A stretch of DNA of 64,000 bases, from positions 1-64,000 of the IMG/VR virus record IMGVR_UViG_2651869698_000005. One strand, 5' to 3'. Below are positions 9,141 to 18,800 of this stretch, one piece after another. A program made the position numbers and the translations under genes. This DNA is from a virus. Taxonomy: Duplodnaviria > Caudoviricetes. Numbering within the stretch: position 1 is the stretch's first letter; each line of letters starts with the position of its first letter. The notes beneath the pieces were generated by a model, which made no database searches, had not been told where the DNA came from, and saw nothing but the letters and a program-made list of their open reading frames with translations.

Positions 9141-9350
9141 TCAGACTGCCTTTCGGGCAATGCCGGCGTTAGCCCAGAACATTGCCTCTTCGATCTTGGT
9201 GATTGCGTGGGCCTTCTCGCGGCCGTTGGGTACTCGCGCGTCGATGAACTCGGCGAGCGCCTTGCATCCCTCACGTACCGACTCGTGCGCTGTAGCGCGT
9301 TCGGTGGTACCGGCCGGGTGGAAGTCGAATCGGTTGTTGAGGTCGCTCAC
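9141..9350 (-). CDS. Acb2/Tad1-like helical hairpin protein
   Basis: GREKAHAITKIEEAMFWANAGIAR resembles the Tad1 C-terminal hairpin as recalled (SRENACALTHVEEALMWMN). Confidence 0.55.
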   Translation of the reverse strand: MSDLNNRFDFHPAGTTERATAHESVREGCKALAEFIDARVPNGREKAHAITKIEEAMFWANAGIARKAV

Positions 9351-9431
9351 TTGCGGCCTGTTTCGGTAAGTCCCATCAGGGCACCAACTTTCGGGGTCTG
9401 TTTCGAAAAAAATTTGGGGGTCGCGCTCGAG

Positions 9432-11018
9432 TCAGTGGACCTGCGAGGCGATGATCTGCTCGTCGCCGACGTCGAGCTTGAGACCGAGAGTGCCGTCGGG
9501 ATTCCATGCGATGCGGCCGTGCTCGAAGTTCTGGATGATCGTCCCGTCGGCCAGGTGGATCTCGTTGCTCGTCGGGTAGCCGTAGGCGGACTTCTCGTAT
9601 CCCTCACGCGCCCAACGGGCCCCGATGCGGCCGGTGACGAAGAAGCCGAGCGGGCTGCCGACGCGGCGATACAGAACGCCACGCTCGAATGCCTGAACGT
9701 CGGCCTCCCACTTGCCGGCCGAGTCTGTCAGCGAGGTGTGGTAGGCGATCGGGTATCCGAGGGGGCCGGTCTCCCACTTGTAGGTCTCGTAGGACTCCAT
9801 CAGGTACTTCGGGATCGGCCGGGCCTCGGTGCTCGGGGTCCAGTAGATCGAGCCGTTCTCGAAGTGGGCGAACTTGCCGACGTTGTCGGGGCAGGTTTCC
9901 TCGCCGGTCAGACGCTTGCCGAGCCACGTTGCCGCTGTGGCCATCTCGTCGATCTTGTTCACCACGACCGGGGCCGGTGCTGGCGCGGGGGCCTTGCCGT
10001 TGACGAACTCGTCGACGAATGCCGCGAAGCGATCCCACGGGAACTTGTCGCCGGTGTCGGTGTGGTTGCCGATCCGTAGGACGCGGGTGACGTAGCCGTG
10101 GTCGGAGAAGCCATCTCGGCGGCCGCCGGGGTAAGGGCGGGGGTTGACCTCGACCGAGAAGCCGTACTTCTTTGCGTCCTGGACTGCCAGCCATGCCGCG
10201 ATGCGAATATCGCCTTCGCGGGCGAGCCATTGCTCACGACTCCACGCAGCTTTCGAGCCTGCGAACACGAGGTTGATGGTGTACGGGTTGGCGTTGAGTA
10301 CCGACCAGGATGCACGGTCGGTGTCGTTGATGCACACCACGATTCCGTCGCGGACCACGTAGTGGTAGCTCGCGCCGTTGCCGGGGTTGTTGCAGAACGC
10401 GGCCAGGCCCTCGGCGGAGGCGTTGCCCTCCTCGGTGTGCAGGAGGAAGTTCGAGATCCGCGCCCCGTTACGGGACGAGCTCGAGGGGCCGAAGCGGATG
10501 ATCTCGCGGTAGTCGGGCTGCACGGTGCTCTTTTCGGGGGTAGGGGAGGGGGCTGGCGCGGGCTTCGGTGCGGGCTTCGGTGCGCCGGGGTGGGCTGCTC
10601 CCGCGAGCCATCCGGCGGGGTCGATCGGGCGGCCGCCGATACGGCCGGGCGGGGTCCAGACCTCGAAATGCAGGTGCGGGCCGGTCGACTGCCCCTCGTT
10701 GCCGACCAGGGCGATCAGATCGCCGGCGCGGACCTTCTGCCCTGCACGGACCTTGATGTCGCCGTGGCGAACGTGGCCGTAGATGGTGTCGACGCCCAGG
10801 TTCGGCTGATGGTCGATCCAGACCCAGTTTCCGAAGCCTGAGACGGTCCCTGCCTTACGTTCGGACCCTTCGACGACTGTTCCGTCGGCGACGGCGTAGA
10901 TCGGCGTTCCTAGAGGCGCTGAGAAGTCGAGGCCGTTATGCTGGCTGCCCCAGCGGGGGCCGAAGCCGGAACTGATCTGATAGCTGCCCGCAGCGAGCGG
11001 GTAGAGAATTGCTGACAC
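9432..11018 (-). CDS. lysA: Endolysin (lysin A): M23 peptidase + amidase_2 + LGFP repeats
   Basis: HNGLD and STGPHLHFEV (M23); LLHTEEG, ASYHY, HTDTG (amidase); GPLGYP and AYGYPTSNE (LGFP repeats). Confidence 0.9.
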   Translation of the reverse strand: MSAILYPLAAGSYQISSGFGPRWGSQHNGLDFSAPLGTPIYAVADGTVVEGSERKAGTVSGFGNWVWIDHQPNLGVDTIYGHVRHGDIKVRAGQKVRAGDLIALVGNEGQSTGPHLHFEVWTPPGRIGGRPIDPAGWLAGAAHPGAPKPAPKPAPAPSPTPEKSTVQPDYREIIRFGPSSSSRNGARISNFLLHTEEGNASAEGLAAFCNNPGNGASYHYVVRDGIVVCINDTDRASWSVLNANPYTINLVFAGSKAAWSREQWLAREGDIRIAAWLAVQDAKKYGFSVEVNPRPYPGGRRDGFSDHGYVTRVLRIGNHTDTGDKFPWDRFAAFVDEFVNGKAPAPAPAPVVVNKIDEMATAATWLGKRLTGEETCPDNVGKFAHFENGSIYWTPSTEARPIPKYLMESYETYKWETGPLGYPIAYHTSLTDSAGKWEADVQAFERGVLYRRVGSPLGFFVTGRIGARWAREGYEKSAYGYPTSNEIHLADGTIIQNFEHGRIAWNPDGTLGLKLDVGDEQIIASQVH

Positions 11019-11032
11019 GGTGAAACCTCGGT

Positions 11033-11902
11033 TTACGTGAGAGTGCCTCCGTCGGGAACCGTCGGCGCGTCGATGGCATTGACGGCGTCTTTCGACCAAC
11101 GGGAGGCGATGAGAGAAGACAGTTTCGTGCCGCCTTTGACCTGGCATTCGGCGAACGAAAAGGTGCCGTCGGCGACGATGGTGTAACTCATCGACAGCCG
11201 AACCCACACCCATTGCTCGGGCGGCGCATCGGGGGCGATCTCCTCGACGACGAACGTGTGACTGAACGCCGACGAGTTCGGGAAGTTCACTCCGACGAAG
11301 CCCTGCTGCTCGACGGCGACAGGGGTGACGGCATCGAAGCGCCGGGAGGTCAGCAGCTTGCCGGCCGGGGTCATCACTTCGAGCAGGAATACCGGCTTGA
11401 TCGGCGAGTAGGTGTTGATCGCCACGAAGTAGGGCGGATAGATCACCGGGAGGTAGGTGACGTTGGAGGTGTAGCCGGAGACGGTCACGTGGGCGTCGAC
11501 GCGCCAGAGGCCGCCGGCCTTGAGCGCCAACCATCCCGAGTTCGCGGACGGTTTGACCACGGCCGCTTTCTTCGCCGGGCCGATCTGGTTGTCGAACGGC
11601 AACACGACCCACTTGTTGTGCGGGATCATCCAGTTCATGCCCATCACCGCCGACACGTGGCCGGCAGCATTGTCGAGCAGGTCGAGGCGGTGAGCGAAGT
11701 TATTCTGCCCATCGGCGAGGGTGGCGCGAGTGGCGGCCACACGTCGAAACAGCTTCTCGTTGAAACCATCTGCGGCCAGCTCGAGTGCGTCGCGGGCGGC
11801 GGCGGTCTGGATCTGCTTCGCGGTCTCGGCGGTGACGTCCTGCGAGAAACGGCCGCCCTGGACCAGCGCGCCCTCGGGGGCGTCATGGTTGGGCATCGTC
11901 AC
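11033..11902 (-). CDS. Minor tail protein
   Basis: GTGA overlap with the upstream gene; paralog of 11899-12633. Confidence 0.7.
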   Translation of the reverse strand: MTMPNHDAPEGALVQGGRFSQDVTAETAKQIQTAAARDALELAADGFNEKLFRRVAATRATLADGQNNFAHRLDLLDNAAGHVSAVMGMNWMIPHNKWVVLPFDNQIGPAKKAAVVKPSANSGWLALKAGGLWRVDAHVTVSGYTSNVTYLPVIYPPYFVAINTYSPIKPVFLLEVMTPAGKLLTSRRFDAVTPVAVEQQGFVGVNFPNSSAFSHTFVVEEIAPDAPPEQWVWVRLSMSYTIVADGTFSFAECQVKGGTKLSSLIASRWSKDAVNAIDAPTVPDGGTLT

Positions 11903-12633
11903 GAGAGCGTGCCCCCATCTGGTGCGGTATCGAGCACGAGCGCGTTGGCAGTCCCTGTGTCCCAACGGTTCACAGATAGGGCTGAACGGAGGGTGCCGCC
12001 GTAGATGTTTGCCGATGTCTTTCCGTGACGGACCTGCACCCGAACCGCGAACGTGTTGTCAGTGGGGATGACGAACGTGTCGGAGAATGCGGCAGTCTCT
12101 GCGCCCTGCGGGCTGATGACGATGTCGAACTCGCGCTCGGTGTAGACCGTTCCGGTGCCGATGTAGTACACACTGACGAACACCGCCGCCGAGACCGTGG
12201 TGGTTCCCCACCCCGACGTCGGCGGATAGAACGACACATGAGCGTCGCAGCGCCACAGCCCTTTCGAGTCCATCAGGATGCCGCCCTGGAAGGGAGTGGC
12301 ACCCTTGTTCGGGCCGAGTTGGGTATCGAACGGCAACGTCACGCGCGTATTGCCGGCCACCGTCCAGTTCCTCGACATGAACGTCGAGCAGTATCCGCTC
12401 ACCGACTCGATCAGATCGACGCGCTCGGTGAGTTCGAGCTGCCCGTCTTTCACCTCACCGGCGAGGCCGGCGACATCATCCTTGACCCCGATCCAACTGT
12501 TCCCTGCGTCGGTGTAGAGCGTCCCGGCCTGGCCGGTCATCATGTTGCGAGCGGACTCTTCGGTGATGTCCTGGTTGTATCGGCCACCGAAAACCAGCGC
12601 CGAATCCGGTGGCGGACCATAGGGGGTAGTCAT
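11899..12633 (-). CDS. Minor tail protein
   Basis: MTTPYGPPPDSALVFGGRYNQDITEE N-terminus typical of actinophage minor tails. Confidence 0.75.
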   Translation of the reverse strand: MTTPYGPPPDSALVFGGRYNQDITEESARNMMTGQAGTLYTDAGNSWIGVKDDVAGLAGEVKDGQLELTERVDLIESVSGYCSTFMSRNWTVAGNTRVTLPFDTQLGPNKGATPFQGGILMDSKGLWRCDAHVSFYPPTSGWGTTTVSAAVFVSVYYIGTGTVYTEREFDIVISPQGAETAAFSDTFVIPTDNTFAVRVQVRHGKTSANIYGGTLRSALSVNRWDTGTANALVLDTAPDGGTLS

Positions 12634-12637
12634 CGGC

Positions 12638-13180
12638 TCACATCCCTGGATACAGCTTGCGCACGTTGGCGCGATTGCGGCCGTTCATCTCCCGCGCCAT
12701 CACCTTGCGGATCACCGAGTCGGGCTTGCCGTGCAGGTAGCCGGCGATGAAACCCGCGGTGTGCTTCGAGGGATCGAAGTTGTCCTCGTCGGCGATGCGG
12801 GCCTGGTCGACCTTGGCCTCCTTGTCGGGAAGCTTGCCGAGATAGCGGAACCGCTCGAGCATCATTTCCTGCTCGTAGTCGGTGTAGGCCGCAGGATCGG
12901 GCAGCTGCATCGGGTCGGGGTCGGGGGAGTCCATCGGAACCCACGACACCGCCCCGTTGAGCGAATGCTCCTGCCCACGCCACGGCTTGCGCATCTTGCG
13001 TTTCTGCAGCTCGGGGTGGTGACGAAACCCGATGTCGTGGAAATGCTTCGACCAGGGCCGGGCGAGGTAGTCGGGCACCAGGAACGGCGAGTCGCCGAAA
13101 CCGGGTAGGCCGACGAACGCCCAGAGGTTCGCCTCTTCGGGCTTGGACTGATCACACGATTCGAGAGTGGGCAGGTGCAC
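12638..13180 (-). CDS. Minor tail protein (DUF2744 / gp29-like)
   Basis: PTLESCDQSKPEEANLWAFVGLP...WSKHFHDIGFRHHPELQ motif. Confidence 0.8.
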   Translation of the reverse strand: MHLPTLESCDQSKPEEANLWAFVGLPGFGDSPFLVPDYLARPWSKHFHDIGFRHHPELQKRKMRKPWRGQEHSLNGAVSWVPMDSPDPDPMQLPDPAAYTDYEQEMMLERFRYLGKLPDKEAKVDQARIADEDNFDPSKHTAGFIAGYLHGKPDSVIRKVMAREMNGRNRANVRKLYPGM

Positions 13181-13207
13181 TGCGATCCTTTCAGCGCGGC
13201 GAAGCGG

Positions 13208-14963
13208 TCAGAGAAGACCGAGATCCTTCGCCATTGACATGAGATCCTGTACAGCCGAAAGGGCCTTCATCACAGGATCTTCGGGCTCACGCTGGCCGAT
13301 GGTGATCTGCCAGCTAGGGGTGGAGTTTCGGTCCCACGCGAGGACCAGTTCGGTGACCCGGTCGACGAAGACCCGGCCCTCTTTCATGCCGAGCACTGTC
13401 GAGCCGACCCGGTCGCCGAGGTAGAAGTGGCCGTGGCCCTTCTGCCCGATTCGATACGGGCTGCCATCAGCGACGACGAGGGTGTGGCGGGTGACCTCAC
13501 GGGTCTGCCACAGCCCGGTTCGTAGGGCGATCAGCGCGGACAGTGTGTACGCGCGGTCGCCGCCCTCGGCGAACTTCTCATGGAAGTGAGACCAGCCAAG
13601 TCGTTGCGCGCGTGCAGGACTCTTCCATTTCTGGAACGCGAGCACGGTGTCGCTGTAGATAGGCTTAAGCACTGCGTCCACGGCCGCGCCGACCTGCGAC
13701 TGACCGAACAGGGAGCCGAGAAACCCACCGACACCGATGATTACAGCTGAGATCGCCTCATTTACGCCCGGTGCCGAGTGGCCTCCTGCGACGACACCGA
13801 CATCGGTCGCGGGCTTGAAACTGAAACGGCTGGACTGGATTCCGGTGAGATCGCCCTCGCGGAAGATCACCCACGGAGCAGCAGCCTCGGTGCCCATGTA
13901 CTCGGGGTCGAAGTACGCGGCCGGCATGTTCGGGTCGATGCTCGTCTGCACCGTCTCGGTGATGCCGTCTGAGTCGATGTGCACGAACTGCTTCGCCAGG
14001 CCGGTGAACAGGGAGCCGCCGAAGCTGGTACCCGTTGTGCGGGCCGACTTGTCGACGATCTCCCAGACCAGGCAGCCGGGCCGCAGGTTCGCGCCCTCCC
14101 ACGGGGGAGGATCGCCCGGCAGGTAGCGGCGGCACTCGATCGACAGTTCCGCGTCGGCGACGATGTTCTTCGCCAGGTCATGGAAGGTCTTGAATCGCGA
14201 ATGCACCACCGCGCCGGGGCTGGTGTCCTTGCCGGCGGCCGAGGGCTTGACCACCTGAGACCAGGTCGACTGGTCGAAGTTGAACCAGCCCTTCGGATCC
14301 ATCGGATCGTCGGGCAGCATCCAGAGGCTCGACTCGAGCCTCATTAGGTTCACCAGCAGGGTTGTTTCGAGGGCCCACTTCGCTCTACCGAAGAGGAGCC
14401 ATAGCCGCGGGAACTGTAGTTCCGCGGGCAGGAATGGGTTAGACCACTAGGCCCGTCGCCCACCTAATGACGCTGTCTCGCAGCGCTTTCAGTGGGCGAC
14501 GGACCCAGCACAGTATGTGCTTTGCATGTTCGTAGTCGTGCTTGAACAGCACGCGGACGATCTTCTTGCCGTCCTCCTGCTTGTCGAGCTGAACCTCGTC
14601 CATCGCGCCCGACCAGCGGGCACCGTCCTTGTCGACGGTGACGAAGATGTTCGTGGTGCCGCGTTCGTCGACGTCGCAGATCCATCGCGACATGAAGTAG
14701 TCGAGCGGCAGCTCGAGCGAGCCGGTACCGGTCTCGTTGTCGATGACCTGGAACTTGGCGGCGATCTCCTGGCGGACGATGCCGCGCAGGTTCCAGTCGC
14801 CGTCCCACAGCCGCACCATCGGGGGAGCGAGGCGCTCCTCTTTCTCGCGCTGCAGCCGTTCGGCGATGTCGTTGAATACCGAGTCGAAGTCGAGATCGGT
14901 ATCGGCGACGCCGGTGTCGGTGATCGAGCCGGGATAGATTGTCGTAGTTGAGGAATCGGTCAT
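13208..14963 (-). CDS. Minor tail protein (D29 gp28-like), interrupted by a 61-nt coding gap; predicted joined product 564 aa
   Basis: Upstream frame ends ...KHDYEHAKHILCW(14505); downstream frame opens W(14446)SNPFLPAELQFPRLWLLFG; removing 61 nt restores one ORF and the conserved KHI.VW.NPFL..ELQFP motif. Confidence 0.75.
14444..14508 (-). other. Hairpin coding gap (candidate translational bypass element or mini-intron)
   Basis: Matched TGG codons at 14507-14505 and 14446-14444; the intervening sequence folds into a 17-bp basal stem plus an apical stem-loop. Confidence 0.65.
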
Positions 14964-15856
14964 CGGAGCCCCCAGGGTCGGGACCATGGCCGCGGGCAGC
15001 GGACCTGGATTCCGGTGCCGGCATACGCGCCGGACACCGATACGGGGATTTGCGTCTTCTTGGTGTACGGCGGGACCGGGAACAGGAAGCTCACACCGTT
15101 CATGCGGGCCCAGAACTGCGACCCGTTGAGCGAAACCGCCTGATCTTCCATCGGGTCGCTGTTGATCACGACGTCCTCTTGCGGAAGCTGCGAGGGCATC
15201 AGGATCTTGCGTTCAGCCCAGTCGTCGTCCTTCCATGAGAAGTCCGGGACCATCCACCGCCCAGGCGCTTTGAGCACCCACTTGAGCCAGATCGGCAGGT
15301 CGGTAGGATTGGAGACGGTGACGAAACCGCGGTCGATTCGCGTCACTCCCGTCGCCGGGTCGATCCCGCGAGTGTCGAGTGTCGACGTCCACGAGTCCGT
15401 GACGTCCTTCTCGTACCAGTAGGGATTGCCGGCCGCGCAGGTCATCGTGATCACGGCCCACTGCTTGAGGTGCGGGTCGTTCTTCGGCTTGAAGTCGGGC
15501 TGCTCGGACATTCGCAGCTTGAGCGACCGCGCCCCGTACTCGGTGGTGATCACCAGGGTCGAGTCACGGTCGTACGCCCACGCTTTGCGCCAGGCCGAGT
15601 CCACGTCCTCCCATTCGAGGGATTCAGTGGCCCATACGTTGACCGCAAAGACGATGTCGCGCTTGTTCGTTCGGTAGCCGCCGGGTGATGCGCCGATCTG
15701 GAATGCCGTAGCGTTCCAGATCGTCGTGACCGGGGCGTCGTAGATGCCGATCGGGTTGGTCGCCAGTTCGACACCCTCGAGCCCCTGACCGGGGCCCGAG
15801 AGTGTCCACCTGGAACCGTCCACCCCTATCAGCTCGATAGTTGCGGGCGATGCCAC
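14960..15856 (-). CDS. Minor tail protein (distal tail, gp27-like)
   Basis: TIELIGVDGSRWTLSGP...NPTDLPIWLKW...PRPWSRPWGL; first gene after the tape measure. Confidence 0.85.
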   Translation of the reverse strand: MASPATIELIGVDGSRWTLSGPGQGLEGVELATNPIGIYDAPVTTIWNATAFQIGASPGGYRTNKRDIVFAVNVWATESLEWEDVDSAWRKAWAYDRDSTLVITTEYGARSLKLRMSEQPDFKPKNDPHLKQWAVITMTCAAGNPYWYEKDVTDSWTSTLDTRGIDPATGVTRIDRGFVTVSNPTDLPIWLKWVLKAPGRWMVPDFSWKDDDWAERKILMPSQLPQEDVVINSDPMEDQAVSLNGSQFWARMNGVSFLFPVPPYTKKTQIPVSVSGAYAGTGIQVRCPRPWSRPWGLR

Positions 15857-15863
15857 GCGGGAA

Positions 15864-18800
15864 TCACCTCCCAGGGGTGCTGTATGTGAGGGATCGCTGC
15901 GCCTCCCACGCCTTCGCCCGGCTGAACGCCGAATCGACATCGGGGGTGCTGAGGTTGACGACCATCGAGTTGTCGACATGCGACTCGGATGCGCTCGAGG
16001 AGTTGCGGATTCCGCGGAACATCGGTGCCAGCGAGTTGTTGACCACGTTGGCGTCGTTGTTCATTGCCTCGAGCAGGGGACGGTTCGCATCGGCCGACTT
16101 CGCGTTCATCACGAACTCGCGGTCGGACAGCCACGCCGGAATCGAGTCCGACGTCGTCGTGCCCGGTCCCCACACGGAGCCGCCGGTGGCGTATCCGTTG
16201 GTGGTCGGCCAGACCCCCGCGATGCCCTTGCCCTTGAACTTCGGGTCGGACATCACGTAGTTGGTGGCTGCGAAGATGTTGTTCGCCGGATCGAAGATGT
16301 CGTCGAGCAGGCTCGGCGACTTGAACGCGTCATAGGTGCCCTGCACTGTCTGCAGGAGCCCCTTCGACGGGTCACCCTTCGCCGCGTTCGAGTCCCAGTT
16401 GTTCTGCGCCTTCGGGTTTCCACCCGATTCGATGCCGATCTGCTGGATCGCACGCGGTACATCGGCGAGCGACCATCCGCCGAGCTTGAACACAGCCTCG
16501 ACGACGCCCTGCCACTGCTCTGCGCCACCGGCTGGCTCGTAGACATGGTCGTACGGGTTGCCGGCCGACGAGGCCGAGGACGACTCCGAAGCGGACGCCG
16601 TCGAGTCGCCGACACCCTGACCTGTACCGGCAGGTGATGCAGCGATGTTCGAGGTGTCCGCGACGTCGCCGTCGCCGGCGAGCCGATCCTTGTTGTCGTT
16701 CCACAGGATCTGACCGGCCTTGACGATGCCGGGCATCTCGTCGGGGATGCCGAAGACGCCGAGGGCATCGCCGACCATCCCCGACACGAACGCATTGGCA
16801 ACGCCGCCGGCCAGACTCGACCAGCTCGTTTCCGTTCCGAGGCTCGACGAATCGGTACCCGACAGGTCGCCCATGCCGGTGAGGGCATCGGTACTGCTGT
16901 CGAGGCCCGCCGTAGCCGATAGCGTCGACGAGTCACCCGAACCTGCGGCCGTATCACCGGCCGCCGGAGCAGCCGGAGTGGAAGCCGCCGTCACCGGAGT
17001 CGCCATCGCGAAGTGAACGTGATCGAGATGATCGGCATCGGTGCCCGCACCGAAGTTCAGCGGGGAGCCCTTCTTGAGGTTCTCCCAGCCATCGAGCGGG
17101 GCGTGGATCAGCTCCTCGACCTGCTGCGACTTGTTCAGCGCGTAGATCCACCGAGCGATGTCGGGCATCCGTGGACCGGCGAGGTCGATTGCCCTCGCGC
17201 CCATGTGATTGTCGAAACCGCTGCCGACATCGGCGTACCTGGTACCCGACGTCAGAACCGCATCGGGGAACGCCGTACGGACGGCATCCCACATCGAGGT
17301 CTGAATGTCGGAGGTCAGCTCGACACCCGACTGCACGGTGCCGCCCGTACCACCGAAGCCGACCGAACTCAGACCCTCCGCGGAAGGTGCTGCGCCCGAG
17401 GGGGCCGGGGCCGACTGTGTGGCAACGGCATCCGAGTTCTGCGCGCGGGTATCGGGGTACTGCTCGGCGTACCAGGACTGCTTCTGCGGGCCCTGTACCG
17501 GGGCATCCGGCGACGGGGTAGCGATGACCTCGTTCGGGTCACGCTGAGCCCGCGTGTCGGGGTACTGCTCGGCGTACCAGGACTTCTTGTTCTTCGGATC
17601 CTCGGGATCGCCAGGGGCATAGGGCCCGTACTTGACCGGCCCGCCATCCTTGAACGCCGGGATGCGATCTTCGTTGATCGCCTCGATCAGCGGCCCATGC
17701 TTGGCCGTAGCCGCCGCATTGACCACGTACTCGCCGTTCGACAGCCACGCGGGAACGAGATCGTCCTTCGGGCCACCAGGGCCGGAGATGTGACCGCCGG
17801 TGGCGTACCGGTTGGCGTCGGACCACTTGACCAGCTTGTCGCCGAGCCCGTCGAGGCCCTTGCCGCCGATCGCCGGCACCCAGTCGGGGATCTTGATCGA
17901 CTGCAGTAGACGGCCGATCTGACCGACAGCGACCGCGATGACGTTGACGATCGACTTCCAGATCCGCGAGACGGTGTCGCCGAGGTCGGAGAAGAAACCT
18001 CCGACCGAGTCGACTCCCTCACCGATCGAGGTGAACGCGGAACCGATGCCATCTCGTGCCCAGTTGATCGCGCCGAGGATGGAATCCCAGACAGGCCGAA
18101 TGACGTTGTCGTACAGGCCGTTCCAGAGGTCTGCGAAGAATCCGCCGAGCCATCCCGCCCAATCGACCAGCGTGTCCCAGGTCTTGTCGACCGCCTCTCG
18201 GAACCAATCGACATTCTTGTAGGCGAGGACGATGCCGGCCACGAGGGCTGCAATCGCCAGTGCCACAAGGACAATCGGGTTGGCTGACATCACGACGTTG
18301 AACGCCGCGGTGATACCGGTCCACACTGCAGTAGCCGCCGAGGCGATCTTCTGAGCGATGCCGAAGTTGCGGACAGCCTCGATCATCGGGCCGAGCTTCG
18401 ACCAGGTGTCGAACAGCTTCGATACGCCGCCGATGCCGGCCGTGATGCCACTCAGCGCCGACCATCCGGCGAAGAACGCCATGAAGCCGCCAGGGTGCTC
18501 TGCGAACTTATCGGTGATGAACTCGATCGCGTCGAGGATCGGAGGGAGCAGCGGGCCGATGGCATCGAGCGCGCCACCGAAACCTTCGACCAGGTCGCCG
18601 CCGATACGGGAGATCTGCGGCAGGTTGTCGCGGATCAGATTCGACAGGGACTCGAAGAACGCGAGCGTCGGGTCGATCAGCGGCATCAGGCCGTCAGCGA
18701 GATCGACGATCAGGCCGGCAAAGCCGTTCTCTCCGTCGGTCATCCCCTCGGCGAAGACCGCTCCGAGCTTGCCCAGTGGCTCGCCGAGCATGGCGATCGA

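Noticed and set aside
9350-9432. Hammerhead-like CTGATG...GAAAC on the minus strand between the lysin and the next gene
   Set aside because: A9 is replaced by G, stem II has at most 2 bp, and no complementary strand for stem III with an NUH cleavage triplet could be found.
14444-14507. Interpretation as a group I/II or spliceosomal (GT...AG) intron
   Set aside because: It is far too short for a self-splicing core, and no register gives both a 5' exon ending in U and an intron ending in G. GT-AG removal would leave an extra Trp, and bacteria lack spliceosomes.
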